DNA of 63,768 bases, the filler included, from Octopus bimaculoides (lineage: Eukaryota), in NCBI RefSeq assembly GCF_001194135.2. It is 4 parts of 3 records of this genome, joined end to end, with 100 filler letters (N's around TTAATTAATTAA, not from the genome) between each part and the next. Parts side by side here need not be neighbours in the genome. Positions count along the whole stretch, not along the records: positions 1 to 26,513 come from NC_068990.1; 3 more parts are not named here. One strand, given 5' to 3'. Both the position numbers and the translations under genes were made by a program. A model generated the notes under the pieces. That model was not told the DNA's origin. It ran no database searches and saw only the letters and a list, made by a program, of their open reading frames with translations. This document shows positions 1 to 12,580 of the stretch, in pieces (the stretch's first letter is position 1; every line of letters begins with the position of its first letter).

Positions 1-33
<33 letters not shown>

Positions 34-239
34 TTCATTTTTGTGATTATTACTCACATATATGTCAATAGATAGTTAGATAGATATACTAACATTAGCG
101 ACCATGCACTGACTGAATCCTTCCTGGTGGAACTTAAGACTGTGAATATCTATTTTTTATCTGTTTTAATTCGTTGTCATTTCTTCAAATTCAAGTAGTC
201 TGAGTTTCATTTTATAGAATGAACTCCTCCGAAGCACCT

Positions 240-700
240 CAGTATATAGCATATACCATACTGGCCTTCATGTGGTTTGTTACCTTCTGTACATGTCCAT
301 AATTTCCTGTCTTCACTTTTTGGCATTCAAGAATCCTGTGAGTTTGTTTAATTTCTTCTTGTACATTATTAATTCTGCTATTTTGATCCCTCAGTTGAAG
401 CGACAGTTCAGAAAGCCCTACCAAGTCTTCAACAAACCCAAATTATATACAAAAGCTGACGATTCTAATGCTTTCTTTTTTTCGATCTGTTGTACTTTAT
501 TCTTTCTGCACAAGATCTTGAAGTGCTACAGATCTGCCTTTCAAATAGATTTATAAGGTTGTCAAATTGCCTCTCTAAATAGATTTATTTGTTGGCTATA
601 TTGCCTTTAGAGGTTGGCAAAATGAAGCAATAAATCTCACATTGAAAACACGATCGATTTTCAACAGTTAACTGTGAAAGCCTTCAGCGTATTCAATTAA
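240..700 (-). mobile_element. Decayed hAT (Charlie/Buster, GTF2IRD2-like) transposase remnant
   Basis: The minus frame reads FGFVEDLVGLSELSLQLRDQNSRINNVQEEIK...ECQKVKTGNYGHV. This resembles the LAFLVD..HL..LN..LQG.N....M...IKAF segment of Charlie-type transposases. Stops lie upstream and no TIRs were found. Confidence 0.45.
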
Positions 701-1783
701 CTCATCTGGATTCTTTGAAAATCTTTTATTATAAAGAATAATCACGCACAAAATATCCGAAAAAAAGATTAGAATCTGCAACTTCTTTACAGGATTTCAA
801 GCGCAAGTTTTCCATGGTGTCATATGCTTGTATAAGGAAAATTCTCGAAAGATTGTGAAGCAGTCAGTCTCTGGTTTTGGGCCCTAATATTAGTGACTCC
901 ATCAGTTACATGTCATATCACATTTTTCTTTAGATATTACTTTAAATGTCACCACTCCATCACCATCATATAACGCCTCCGTACATCTTGTATTTGCACT
1001 AATTTTAAATGTTCTAAGTTAAAATATAACGATGGAGAGTGGTTAGATTCACCGTCTGCTGCTCTCAAGCAGATTACTAAAACTGATTTCCATTGACATT
1101 TTATATTAATTGGAAATAATATTTACAGCCCTTCCTTACGTATTTGATTCCCTATCGGATGTGCAATATCTGTGCGTTTCTCAAATTAGAATTATTTCTT
1201 TCTTGCATTTCAATATAATAAGGTATATATTATATTATATTTCTATGTATATCTGTCTTTTAAAAATATATTCGTATGCTCATTTCCATTGGAGTATATC
1301 AATCTGAAAAATATAGATATCTGAAAATATTTACATAATGAAATGTGTAAAATATAATTTATTCTACTCCCACTGTCACTGAATAAAATCATTCACAATA
1401 AAATATTCATCACTCACGATATAGGCTCGAATAAATTATGGATATTACCTATTACACCTTCTGTCCAATCTTATCTGAAACTCCTAACCATAAAATACAA
1501 TTTCTTGAGGAAGGCAATAGAAAAGAAACATTGAATTATATGGTTCCCTGCCTAATTCATATCTACCAACGTAATTTATAATTAAAACTTATCTAAAAAC
1601 CCCACTAAATGCTAAAACATTAAACAGGCTTCTATGTGCATAATGTTATCTTCCCACTGATAGATACATAGCCCAAGTGGGATAATGGAGTTAGTGTTAT
1701 GCAAAACCTAAACTAGTTACCCAGGCAATCTGAAGCACGTAGCGTAATTAGAATAGCTGCCTGAGTCAGTTTACCTTAGTTTG

Positions 1784-2110
1784 GTGAAGGCGCGTAGTGT
1801 AGCTTAGTGGTTAATGTGTTCGGCTCACGATCATAAGGTCGTGAGTTCAATTCCCAGCAGCAAGTTGAGTCCTTCAGCAAGACACTTTATTTCATATTAC
1901 TCCAGTCTACTCAGCGGCAAAAATGAGTTGTACTTGTAGTTCAATGGGCTAGCCTTGTTACTTTCGGCGTGTTATGCTGAATCTCCTGAGAGCTAAGTTA
2001 AGGGACGCATGTCTGTGGAGTCCTCAGCCAGTTGCACGTTAATTTCACAGCAGGCTGCTCCGTTGATCATATCAGTTTGAGCAATCATCGTCGTAAGCGA
2101 CGGAGTGTCC
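1784..2110 (+). mobile_element. tRNA-derived SINE, family C variant (C1 head/core plus C tail)
   Basis: A-box/B-box head (TAGCTTAGTGG...GAGTTCAATTCC), CORE-like gtccttcagcaagacacttt and tail gcacgttaatttcac...gacggagtgtc. Perfect 13-bp TSD ttaccttagtttg at 1771-1783 and 2111-2123. Confidence 0.85.
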
Positions 2111-2374
2111 TTACCTTAGTTTGAGTAATTTTTAGATATAAAGAAATACTCTTCTTAAAATACCGAGCGCAGACATTTGTGGGCCTAGAAGTCGAGTCAG
2201 TAAGCTTTTGATATCGTCTTAATTTGGCTCCAAACACGTATCTTCATCTCTAAAAATATTATGATATACATATTCATTATTCAAGCCTTTCAAGTATTTA
2301 TATGAATCTACTAGCCATATCTGAACAACAACAGCAACAACAACAACCATATACATTTTAAGATATATATCACT

Positions 2375-2414
<40 letters not shown>

Positions 2415-3264
2415 NNNNNNNNNNNNNNNNNNNNNNNNNNNNNNNNNNNNNNNNNNNNNNNNNNNNNNNNNNNNNNNNNNNNNNNNNNNNNNNNNNNNNN
2501 NNNNNNNNNNNNNNNNTTGTGTAGAATATATTGTATAAAAGATCGTGGATTAATGTAGACTTATCTTGTATTCAATATTTCGGGGTTATGACCCCATTTT
2601 CATCACGGAATTTTGTCAGTGAACAGGTCGCGGTTTCAAAGCGATGAAAATATTTTGATAAATTAAATATAAATGTTGAAGTGAATCTGACGGTTTTTGT
2701 GTTTTTAAATGGTTCATAAACACCTTCAACGCTGCAGTATTCTATTTGTCTTCTTATAAGGGTCATTCGACACAGTATGTCTCGTAAAGTACTTTTCATT
2801 CAAGTAAATTATTCCCGTAAGGTTGAATGAAATCATATTGGGCTGCATAAAACAAGAAAAGTTGAATGAAAGGTCAGTGAAACGAGAACAGTAACAGATT
2901 TAATTTACTTAGGTATTTATATTGTCTATACTTAAAACAATTTCATTGTCATTGTGGTGGCTGTTACTACGGCTTTTATGGAAGTCGCTCCTCTGGATAC
3001 TTGATATATTATTTAATTCTATCTGTGGTTTCCTAATTTCAAAGTAGTAGGACATTTCCCAAATTTATTGTACTATAATTTTTTTATTGAAGACCAAACG
3101 AGCTAGTGCGGTTATATATTTATAAATGGCAACACGGGAAGATCGCTATAAGCAGCTGTCGAACTGTAACTTTAATAAACATTGACAATTTCATTATTAT
3201 TTCTTTTTTTGTAGTGGAACTAGAATTTGCTCTAAATATTTATGGCTAGAAAATTCTGCTTGTA

Positions 3265-3571
3265 TTGTTGTTGGCACTCTGTCGCTTACGACGTCGAGGG
3301 TTCCAATTGATCTGATCAACGGAACAGCCTGCTCGTGAAATTAACGTGCAAGTGGCTGAGCACTCCACAGACACGTGTACCCTTAACGTAGTTCTCGGTG
3401 GTGGTGGTGGTGGGGGAGATTCAGCGTGACAGAGTGTAACAAGGCTGGCCCTTTGAAATACAGGTACAACAGAAACAGGAGAAAAAAGTGAGAGAAAGTT
3501 GAGGTGAAAGAGTACAGCAGGGTTTGCCACCCCGCCCTGCCAGAATCTCGTGGAGCTTTGGGTGTTTTCGC
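3265..3571 (-). mobile_element. SINE family C, 3' two-thirds
   Basis: Collinear with the full copy at 42060-42446, with an internal (GGT)n expansion near 3398-3413. The head is lost at the microsatellite/gap. Confidence 0.8.
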
Positions 3572-4489
3572 GTATATATATTAACGAATATATNNNNNNN
3601 NNNNNNNNNNNNNNNNNNNNNNNNNNNNNNNNNNNNNNNNNNNNNNNNNNNNNNNNNNNNNNNNNNNNNNNNNNNNNNNNNNNNNNNNNNNNNNNNNNNN
3701 NNNNNNNNNNNNNNNNNNNNNNNNNNNNNNNNNNNNNNNNNNNNNNNNNNNNNNNNNNNNNNNNNNNNNNNNNNNNNNNNNNNNNNNNNNNNNNNNNNNN
3801 NNNNNNNNNNNNNNNNNNNNNNNNNNNNNNNNNNNNNNNNNNNNNNNNNNNNNNNNNNNNNNNNNNNNNNNNNNNNNNNNNNNNNNNNNNNNNNNNNNNN
3901 NNNNNNNNNNNNNNNNNNNNNNNNNNNNNNNNNNNNNNNNNNNNNNNNNNNNNNNNNNNNNNNNNNNNNNNNNNNNNNNNNNNNNNNNNNNNNNNNNNNN
4001 NNNNNNNNNNNNNNNNNNNNNNNNNNNNNNNNNNNNNNNNNNNNNNNNNNNNNNNNNNNNNNNNNNNNNNNNNNNNNNNNNNNNNNNNNNNNNNNNNNNN
4101 NNNNNNNNNNNNNNNNNNNNNNNNNNNNNNNNNNNNNNNNNNNNNNNNNNNNNNNNNNNNNNNNNNNNNNNNNNNNNNNNNNNNNNNNNNNNNNNNNNNN
4201 NNNNNNNNNNNNNNNNNNNNNNNNNNNNNNNNNNNNNNNNNNNNNNNNNNNNNNNNNNNNNNNNNNNNNNNNNNNNNNNNNNNNNNNNNNNNNNNNNNNN
4301 NNNNNNNNNNNNNNNNNNNNNNNNNNNNNNNNNNNNNNNNNNNNNNNNNNNNNNNNNNNNNNNNNNNNNNNNNNNNNNNNNNNNNNNNNNNNNNNNNNNN
4401 NNNNNNNNNNNNNNNNNNNNNNNNNNNNNNNNNNNNNNNNNNNNNNNNNNNNNNNNNNNNNNNNNNNNNNNNNNNNNNNNNNNNNTATA

Positions 4490-4700
4490 TATTGATAGAA
4501 AAGACAACAAAAGAAACAAAGAGACCTCGATATTATGTAAATAGAGGAATTTATCTATAAATATGTGACAATTATTTGGTAGCCATGATAAAACTCCGAG
4601 TTTCGGATGCCGGGGCGGACACCCACGCCGCCATCTCTTCAGTTATCTGGCCATTGATAACACGTGCTTTCACAGGCGGACATCGTCATAGTGTGACACT
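4490..4700 (-). mobile_element. Penelope-like (PLE) terminal-repeat fragment carrying a hammerhead
   Basis: Hosts the hammerhead motif below. Minimal hammerheads are a known feature of PLE terminal repeats. Boundaries are approximate (gap on the left) and no ORF is present. Confidence 0.45.
4580..4653 (-). ncRNA. Type I hammerhead ribozyme motif
   Basis: Minus strand: UGGCCA-GAUAA / CUGAAGA / stem II (GAUGGCGG...CCGGCAUCC, imperfect) / GAAA / stem III AC-U(CGG)A-GU / U / UUAUC-A-UGGCUA. Stem I is 11 bp with one bulge and the cleavage triplet is GUU. Confidence 0.7.
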
Positions 4701-5700
4701 ATAACACTTTTGTGATTGTAAAAAATATTGAAAGAAATGTCAAAAGCTGGAAATACAGAAGTGTAAATATCAAACGAAATTTGTGAGGAAGATTGTAATG
4801 GAAAAGAGAATTGGTGATACTGAAAGGTTTAGTTTAACTATTTAAAAAAAAACTGTGTGAATAATTTCATGAAGCTGATGTGCTGGAGTTGAGAAATGCG
4901 ACTTACGGAATAAAGATGAAAGCTTAACTTCGAAACGGAAAAGTTGTATAATTGAAAAAGTATAGTTCGTACGCAAATATACACACGTATATACACACAT
5001 GAACACACACACACACACACACACACANNNNNNNNNNNNNNNNNNNNNNNNNNNNNNNNNNNNNNNNNNNNNNNNNNNNNNNNNNNNNNNNNNNNNNNNN
5101 NNNNNNNNNNNNNNNNNNNNNNNNNNNNNNNNNNNNNNNNNNNNNNNNNNNNNNNNNNNNNNNNNNNNNNNNNNNNNNNNNNNNNNNNNNNNNNNNNNNN
5201 NNNNNNNNNNNNNNNNNNNNNNNNNNNNNNNNNNNNNNNNNNNNNNNNNNNNNNNNNNNNNNNNNNNNNNNNNNNNNNNNNNNNNNNNNNNNNNNNNNNN
5301 NNNNNNNNNNNNNNNNNNNNNNNNNNNNNNNNNNNNNNNNNNNNNNNNNNNNNNNNNNNNNNNNNNNNNNNNNNNNNNNNNNNNNNNNNNNNNNNNNNNN
5401 NNNNNNNNNNNNNNNNNNNNNNNNNNNNNNNNNNNNNNNNNNNNNNNNNNNNNNNNNNNNNNNNNNNNNNNNNNNNNNNNNNNNNNNNNNNNNNNNNNNN
5501 NNNNNNNNNNNNNNNNNNNNNNNNNNNNNNNNNNNNNNNNNNNNNNNNNNNNNNNNNNNNNNNNNNNNNNNNNNNNNNNNNNNNNNNNNNNNNNNNNNNN
5601 NNNNNNNNNNNNNNNNNNNNNNNNNNNNNNNNNNNNNNNNNNNNNNNNNNNNNNNNNNNNNNNNNNNNNNNNNNNNNNNNNACACACACACACACATGCA

Positions 5701-5870
5701 TATATACGACGGGCTTCTTTCAGTTTCCGTCTACCAAATCCACTCACAAGGCTTTGGTCGGCCCAAGGCTATAGTAGAAGACACTTGCCCAAGGTGCCAC
5801 GCAGTGGGACTGAACCCAGAACCATGTGGTTGGTAAGTAAGCTACTTACGACACAGCCACTCCTGCGCCT
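5701..5870 (-). mobile_element. SINE family B, 5' half
   Basis: Matches the head of the full copy at 47646-48050 (ggcgcaggagtggctgtg...caccttgggcaagtgtcttctactatag). The rest falls in the N gap. Confidence 0.85.
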
Positions 5871-6803
5871 ATATACACATACACATATATATAACCGTGC
5901 TAGACTTGTGCGTAAAACATTCATTTCATAAATAACTGATGCGATATGTTGAGCATTTAAGGAGCAGCCAAAATAAATATTTGGTACGATGGGTAAGCAA
6001 TTGCAAAGCTGAAAACACTTGTTTGTTCGGAAAGTATAAGAAAACTTGAAACAGAATTGTAAATATGAAAAGAGAAATACAACTGGGATATTTCTCAAAA
6101 CATGATGTACAAATATATTAAATTGCTTTAGACTTAAAAGCGATAAAACATAATATAGCATTATATGTATACACACAAACGCAGCCACACATACACACAC
6201 ATACACACACACATGCACACACATACATATATATATATATGTTACACGCGCAAATACAGGCACACACATTCACACATTTATAAACATACACACGCTCATA
6301 TATACATATACACAAACATACACACACACGTATGTACATTTATGTGCGTGAATGTATGTGTGTTTGTGTGTGTGTGTGTAATAATATATAATTGTATATA
6401 TACAACACACAACATGTGCATAAGATGCTGAAAGGAAATATTAAAAACGCCAGACCGGCAAATAAGAAAGCGAAAAAAAGCTATTAAAAGTTGAACAAAA
6501 ACTTAAAACAGCAAAGCGTAAATATGGAAGAAATATTGAAAAAAAACGTATAATATCAGTATTGCCACACTCCAATGACAAAAACAAGCTACAGACAAAA
6601 GATTATATAAACACACATACACACACAGATATATATATATACATACATATCTATAGGTCTGTTTGTATCTGGGTGTAGAAATATTAAGAACGTTAGGGCA
6701 ACCTAGATCTTTGTCTCAGGAAAGTGTTGATATTCTGCGTTGCATTTTCCTGTTGGCCAGAGAACTCAGCCGGCAGATACTAACGAGGTTTCAAAAAACA
6801 TAG

Positions 6804-7063
6804 ATGACGACAGATGCGCCCTTTTAAAGCCTAGACAGGCTCATGGGCCCGGTTTCCCGGTTTCAATGGCATATGTGTTCCCCAGCTGGATGGGACGCCA
6901 GTCCATCGCAGCGTTACTCATTCTTATTTAGCTGAGTGGACTGGAGCAACGTGAAATGAAGTGTTTTGCCCAAGAACACAACGCATCGTCCAGTCCAGGA
7001 ATCGAAACCACAATCTTACGATCATGGCGCTGACACCCTAACCACTAAGCTATGCGCCTCCAC
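6804..7063 (-). mobile_element. tRNA-derived SINE with C1-type head/core and a different tail
   Basis: Head gtggaggcgcatagcttagtggttaggg...ggtttcgattcc and core gtgttcttgggcaaaacacttcatttcacgttgctccagtccactcagc, followed by gcgatggactggcgtcccatccag (V-domain-like) instead of the C tail. Confidence 0.8.
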
Positions 7064-7524
7064 TTAAAAAAAAAAAAAAAGCATACTCGCACATATTTAT
7101 AGTTACATACACGCATATAGGCACGAAATTCTCGGATTGGTGCACACCCACACCACTTCGCGATAATTTAGCGACTGTGCTTCCACTGTGTCAGGGTGCT
7201 TATTCCAGGGTGGAAATATCGTGGGTTTACATGTGTACATGCATTAAAAAAATGTCTACATTGAAAGTAAATTCTTTTAACTGTACATCATGTGTTTGTA
7301 GAGAGGGAAAAAGTCATCAGATTAGTAACTGTTCTGCGTTGGGCGTTCAGTAGTGATTGAATGCTCTCCATAACTGTCCACAGAGAAATTATTTACAAAC
7401 CCTTGGTTACTATCGGCTCAAATAAATCTGATAGACCAATCTTCAAAGTATGATGCATCAATGGCAGCTAGATTAGTTTACAGTGTTTTGTTTCGAAGCT
7501 ATTATGTACTATAGACTATTTCTT

Positions 7525-7755
7525 ATTACTTTATTGCCCACAAGGGGCTAAACATAGAGGGGACAAACAAGGACAGACAAAGGGATTAAGTCGATTATAT
7601 CGATCCCCAGTGAGTAACTGGTACTTAATTTATCGACCCCGAAAAAATGAAAGGCAAAGTCTACCTCGGCGGAATTTGAACTCAGAACGTAACGGCAGAC
7701 GAAATACTGCTAAGTATTTCGCCCGGCGCGCTAACCACTCTGCCAGCTCACCGCC
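7525..7755 (-). mobile_element. SINE family A, full length
   Basis: ggcggtgagctggcag...gagttcaaattccgccgagg...ggggtcgat...gccccttgtgggcaataaag. 22-bp TSD tatgtactatagactatttctt at 7503-7524 and 7756-7777. Confidence 0.9.
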
Positions 7756-8684
7756 TATGTACTATAGACTATTTCTTTAAACTTTTGCCTTTATATTTGT
7801 TGTGTTTGGAGGATTGGGCATTACTCATGACATTGGGTTTAAGGAACTTAATGCCGTCTATGTTCTATTTAAACTGTTATAGGTCAACACCCGGAGGAAA
7901 GAAACTAAAGAAATGGTCAGGGAGAAATCTCCACGTAACAAAGTTATATAACTACGTTGTCTTCATAAATAATATCTTCGTGGATAGAATCAAAAAACGC
8001 AGCTGGACTAGCTTCGATGCTTGAGATTTCGTCCACATGTGAATACTCTTTTTAACTCTCCATAGAGACTCTACTTATAAAACCACCATTACAAAAGACT
8101 TACGTAAATCCGACGAATAACCAATTTGCATATAATAAGACGTTCTTCGGAGATAGTTGTTTTTTAACTTTGAAGACAATATAGCATTCTTTCCCTTGTA
8201 TATTCTTTCTAATATTATATTGTATGAACACAATATCTTTCCTAGTACTTTACGTTTTTTTAAATTCAAATTCTAATACATTATTCTTCCTAATCTACAG
8301 ACTTTCTAATCTTTATTCTCCATAATCTTCATTCTTTCCGATAGATTTTTCGGTTTTTCGCCAAAATTTATCTTTTCAGTCTGCGAATTATTTATGAAGC
8401 GATTTCAAAAAGAGATTAACTTCTCTTGGGAAATTCCAAGAGCAAAACGAATGTAAAAAACTTGATTGCGTTTTATACAGGGGTTATTCTTTCAAAGAAA
8501 CCCACAACACAATCAAATCTACTAGATTTGTACGGATAGGAACATTTTCAAGTTGGTCTTTCATAAAGTTTGACTTGAGACGGATTTTATATGTAAGATC
8601 TAAGATCAATATTAACCCCTTTTTTTAAAAATGGGCATCAATAACAAATTACTGGTACTCATTCTATAGTAGAAGACACTGGCG

Positions 8685-9178
8685 GTGTCTTCTACTATAG
8701 TCTCGGGCCGACCAAAGCCTTGTGAGTGGATTTTGTAGACGGAAACTGAAAGAAGCCCGTCGTATATATGTTTATGTATATGTTTGTGTGTATATGTTGT
8801 GTATCTGTGTTTGTCCCCCCAACATCGCTTGACAACCGATTCTGGTGTGTTTAGGTCCCCGTAACTTAGCGGTTCGGCAAAAAGAGACCGATAGAATAAG
8901 TACTAGGCTTACAAAGAATAAGTCTTAGGGTCGATTTGATTCGACTAAAGGCGGTGCTCCAGTATGGCCGCAGTCAAATGACTGAAACNNNNNNNNNNCC
9001 CAACATCGCTTGACAACCGATTCTGGTGTGTTTAGGTCCCCGTAACTTAGCGGTTCGGCAAAAAGAGACCGATAGAATAAGTACTAGGCTTACAAAGAAT
9101 AAGTCTTAGGGTCGATTTGATTCGACTAAAGGCGGTGCTCCAGTATGGCCGCAGTCAAATGACTGAAACAAGTAAGAA
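8685..9178 (+). mobile_element. SINE family B, 5'-truncated; 3' part duplicated across a 10-N gap
   Basis: Matches the family B body and tail. About 8819-8988 is repeated at 8999-9168, which looks like an assembly overlap. Confidence 0.85.
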
Positions 9179-9195
9179 GAAAAAAAAGAGAAAAA

Positions 9196-9239
<44 letters not shown>

Positions 9240-9289
9240 CGTTCTAGTCGTAATTTATTAAATCTGGACGGTTAGCTTTGCTAGGGATG

Positions 9290-9830
9290 TTGCAGATATA
9301 ACAGTGGCCAAGATGTAGTGCTGTACCGTGTTATGTACTTTGTGCACATTTATACAAATTATTGTCCGTTTTCACATCGCGGTGTTGGCTTATTGCCCAG
9401 TGAACATAGCTGCTGTCTGAATCATGCCTATGAATACACTCAGCTTTGGCAAAGACTAGATAACTGGAGACGATGCGGTCAACAATATCATTATGCTGAT
9501 TCTGTTGTCTACACTTGATGCGAACATCTTTTCACTGTTATATTTCTGTAGTTCTTTATGACAAAGTTTTATGCTGCTAAAATCAAACCTTCTGTTTCTA
9601 CTTTTAGTCCAGAGCTCTCGAGCTATTGTCGGATTTCACCGTGGTTTACTTCCGCTCTGTCGATTCTCGCAGGATATTGCTTATGGAGTGTTTTCTTTTT
9701 TTCCTCTCTCCAGCTTTTCTTTCGGCATACCTTGGAATTCCGTTTTGGCTTTTTGGATTTTCATATTTTTATTAATTTTTTTCTCTTGTTTTGTCTTCAT
9801 GTAAATCTCTTTGTTCGATGTAGTTAGCTT
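9290..9830 (-). mobile_element. Decayed R4-clade RLE non-LTR retrotransposon, lineage 2 (post-RT/CCHC region)
   Basis: The minus frame reads KTLHKQYP...Q*LESSGLKVETEGLILAA* and then IVDRIVSSYLVFAKAECIHRHD..SYVHWAI. This matches LHGQY..WL.SSGLK.ETEG.I.AAQ / IDHIVSGC..LA..EY..RHD..Y.HW of R4/Dong/Rex6-like ORFs. Confidence 0.7.
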
Positions 9831-9994
9831 CCAGTTAGTGCTTTTATATTTTCTTGCACATAAATTTCTTCTTCTTCTTCTTCTTCTTCTACCTGTTATT
9901 TAATTAATTTATACTACTAGAACAACAACAATAACAACGACGACANNNNNNNNNNTTAATTTATACTACTAGAACAACAACAATAACAACGACG

Positions 9995-10049
<55 letters not shown>

Positions 10050-10069
10050 CTATTACTACTTCTAATCTT

Positions 10070-10450
10070 TTCTACTCTAGGCACAAGGCTTGAAATTTGG
10101 AGGGAGGGGGTGGGGCAGTCGATCACATCGACCCAGTACGCAACTGCTACTTAATTTATCGACCCCGAAAGGATGAAAGGCAAAGTTGACCTCGGCGGAA
10201 TTCGAACTCAGAACGTAAAGGCAGACGAAATACCGCTAAGTATTTCGCCCGGCGTACTAACGTTTCTGCTAGCTCGCCGCCTTAACAAAAACAATAATAA
10301 AGATTATCCTTTCTATTAAATACACAAGGCCTGAAATTTTGAGGGAGGGGGTAAGTCGATTACATCGACCCCAGCTCTCAACTGGTACTTAATTTCTCGA
10401 CCCCGAAGGGCAAAGTCGACCTCGGCGGAATTTGAACTCGGAACTCAGAA
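10070..10450 (-). mobile_element. Two tandem SINE family A copies (10070-10282 full, about 10308-10450 partial)
   Basis: Same body as 7525-7755, with the alternative tail cacaaggcctgaaattt...gggg. Confidence 0.85.
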
Positions 10451-10729
10451 CAACAACAATAACAATAATGGTTTCACAATTAGGTACAAGGCCAACAATT
10501 TCCGTGGATGTGGGTAAGCAGATTACATCGACCCTGATGAAATAAATTACCAGTTACGTACTGAATCCAACAGCGTTCCTTGAAAACTCGCCACACATTT
10601 CAGGCCTTGTGCATCTGCTAATATCAAATTATTTCAATAGTCCTAATTCCATTGCTGCTTTGACTGTACTACTGAACACAACCCTGTGTGTCTTTGATAT
10701 ATAAAGTATTGTATTTTGGTTTTGTATGT

Positions 10730-11075
10730 TCTCCAGGCAATCGCCGTGCGGTGCCTATTAGCGATATTTTCGTGTGTTATACATATTTGCATGTCATGGT
10801 GATTTTCGCTATTTTATTTGCATGATTTTTACCATTGCCATTGCAGCAACTATTATAATGCAGTTTATTTTTGGTTTCCACCCTCTCTTTCACATTGTCT
10901 CCATTTTCAGAAATGGAATGTGATTATTTGGTTAATTATTCCATTTGTTTGACAGTTACTTAATTATCCGCAGGCACAAATACGCCGAGTAGGATGCTTT
11001 TCTTTTCCTTGTCATTCTTGGTAGCAATATCAAGCTCATTAGCCTTAACCTTAATTTTGCGGTCAGACTAAGGTC
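10730..11075 (-). mobile_element. Decayed R4-clade RLE endonuclease fragment, lineage 2
   Basis: The minus frame reads SDRKIKVKANELDIATKNDKEKKSILLGVFVPADN*VTVKQME*LTK*, with IIIVAAMAMVK and IGTARRL further on in shifted frames. This corresponds to TDR.IKANRPDI.......LID..VP.D..V..KE.EKL.KY...IIVGALG...GTA.IL. Confidence 0.7.
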
Positions 11076-11096
11076 ACTTCGCCATTACCTGAGAAA

Positions 11097-11355
11097 TCTT
11101 GTTGTTGTTGTTGCTGTCGTTCTTGCTGTTGTTGTTGTTGTTGTTGCTGTTCTTCTTCTTCTTCTTCTTCTTCTTCTTCTTCTGCTTCTTCTTTTTCGTG
11201 TGGCTGTTGTTCTCCTTTCTTTCCTTCTTCTCTTGTTGTTGTTGTTGTTTCTTCTTCTTCTTCTTCTTCTTCTTCTTCTTCTTCTTCTTCTTCTTCTTCT
11301 CCTCCTCCTCCTCCTCCTCCTCCTCCTTCTACTTCTTCTTCTTCTTCTTCTTCTT
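11097..11355. repeat. Compound trinucleotide microsatellite (TTG/TTC/TCC)
   Basis: Directly visible. It generates the spurious poly-R/L/F ORFs in the track. Confidence 0.95.
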
Positions 11356-11920
11356 ACACACACTTATACACACACACACACACACATGAAAACGGCACAA
11401 CACACACAAACACCCACGTACTTCTGATTTCAGTATACTTTTCCGTTCACAATATTTTGCCAATGAGGTTGAACCCAAAGCGACGTGTTAAGGATGCAAA
11501 TTTCTTAGCAATGAAGTTATGGCTTTTATTGACATTGTGGTAGTTGTTGTTGTTCATGTTGCTATTGTTATTGCACCGTTTTTTCTTGACGGTGGTAATG
11601 TCATTTTTGTTGCTTTTAGATGTTCCTAGTCAGGCTACAGCTGTTGTTGTTGTTGTTGTTGTTCTTATTGTTCAGGCTGCATTTTATAGCTATTCATTCA
11701 TTGCAAGTTGATTTGGTTATCGATTCTGAAACTGTTGTTATTGTTGCTGTTGCTGCTGTTAAGCATTACCTTTAAAATATTATAAAAAATCTTATTTTTC
11801 TGACAAAAAAAAAAAAAAAANNNNNNNNNNNNNNNNNNNNNNNNNNNNNNNNNNNNNNNNNNNNNNNNNNNNNNNNNNNNNNNNNNNNNNNNNNNNNNNN
11901 NNNNNNNNNNNNNNNNNNNN

Positions 11921-11963
<43 letters not shown>

Positions 11964-12580
11964 GGAATACGCACACTTGCATACACATGCACACATACGC
12001 ACACGCACATATATATACCGCCATATAAATAAATTCATACTTTGTACGCATATATATTATATACATTAAATTCATAAGAATGAGAAACACATCGATTAAT
12101 GTGTTCAACAAATGATAAAGTTCAGTATTTATTGTAGATGTTGACAATATCTTCGAAAGCAATATGCGAGAGATATTTATTAGCTAACTGAGCGTTACTA
12201 ACATAAGCTGTCATAAGTTTTGAAACATCAACAAAAAACATGTCAACGGGAAGCTTTTTTTCATTCAATGATTTCGCCTTGATAAAATCATTGAAATCAT
12301 AACCAAAAAATAAAGAGTACACGATGTCGGAGCCAAGAAACAACCTTACTTTCTTCCATTACAAAAGAGTTCGACTGCAGCCGGAATATCCTTATGAAGG
12401 GAGATAATCACAGTATTCTTCTAGGGATTCCGATTACCGTTAGTATTTTCCTGTGAGTTTCGCTCTTCAACGTATGGAAGGCTGTGAGGAGGGCCACAAA
12501 AGAACATGCAAGTCTTTCTTTCTCTTCTGTACGCCCTCTACATTCATATATGTATCCATGTTTGCTTGCATGTATGTATG

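Noticed and set aside
8819-10000. Direct duplications flanking 10-N gaps (8819-8988/8999-9168; about 9905-9946/9956-9997)
   Set aside because: This is the typical signature of unmerged contig overlaps, not biological tandem repeats.
12122-12343. 73-aa minus-strand ORF (FLGSDIVYSLFFGY...) as a host exon
   Set aside because: No convincing acceptor/donor pair or recognisable domain. It is next to decayed retrotransposon sequence and may be another remnant.
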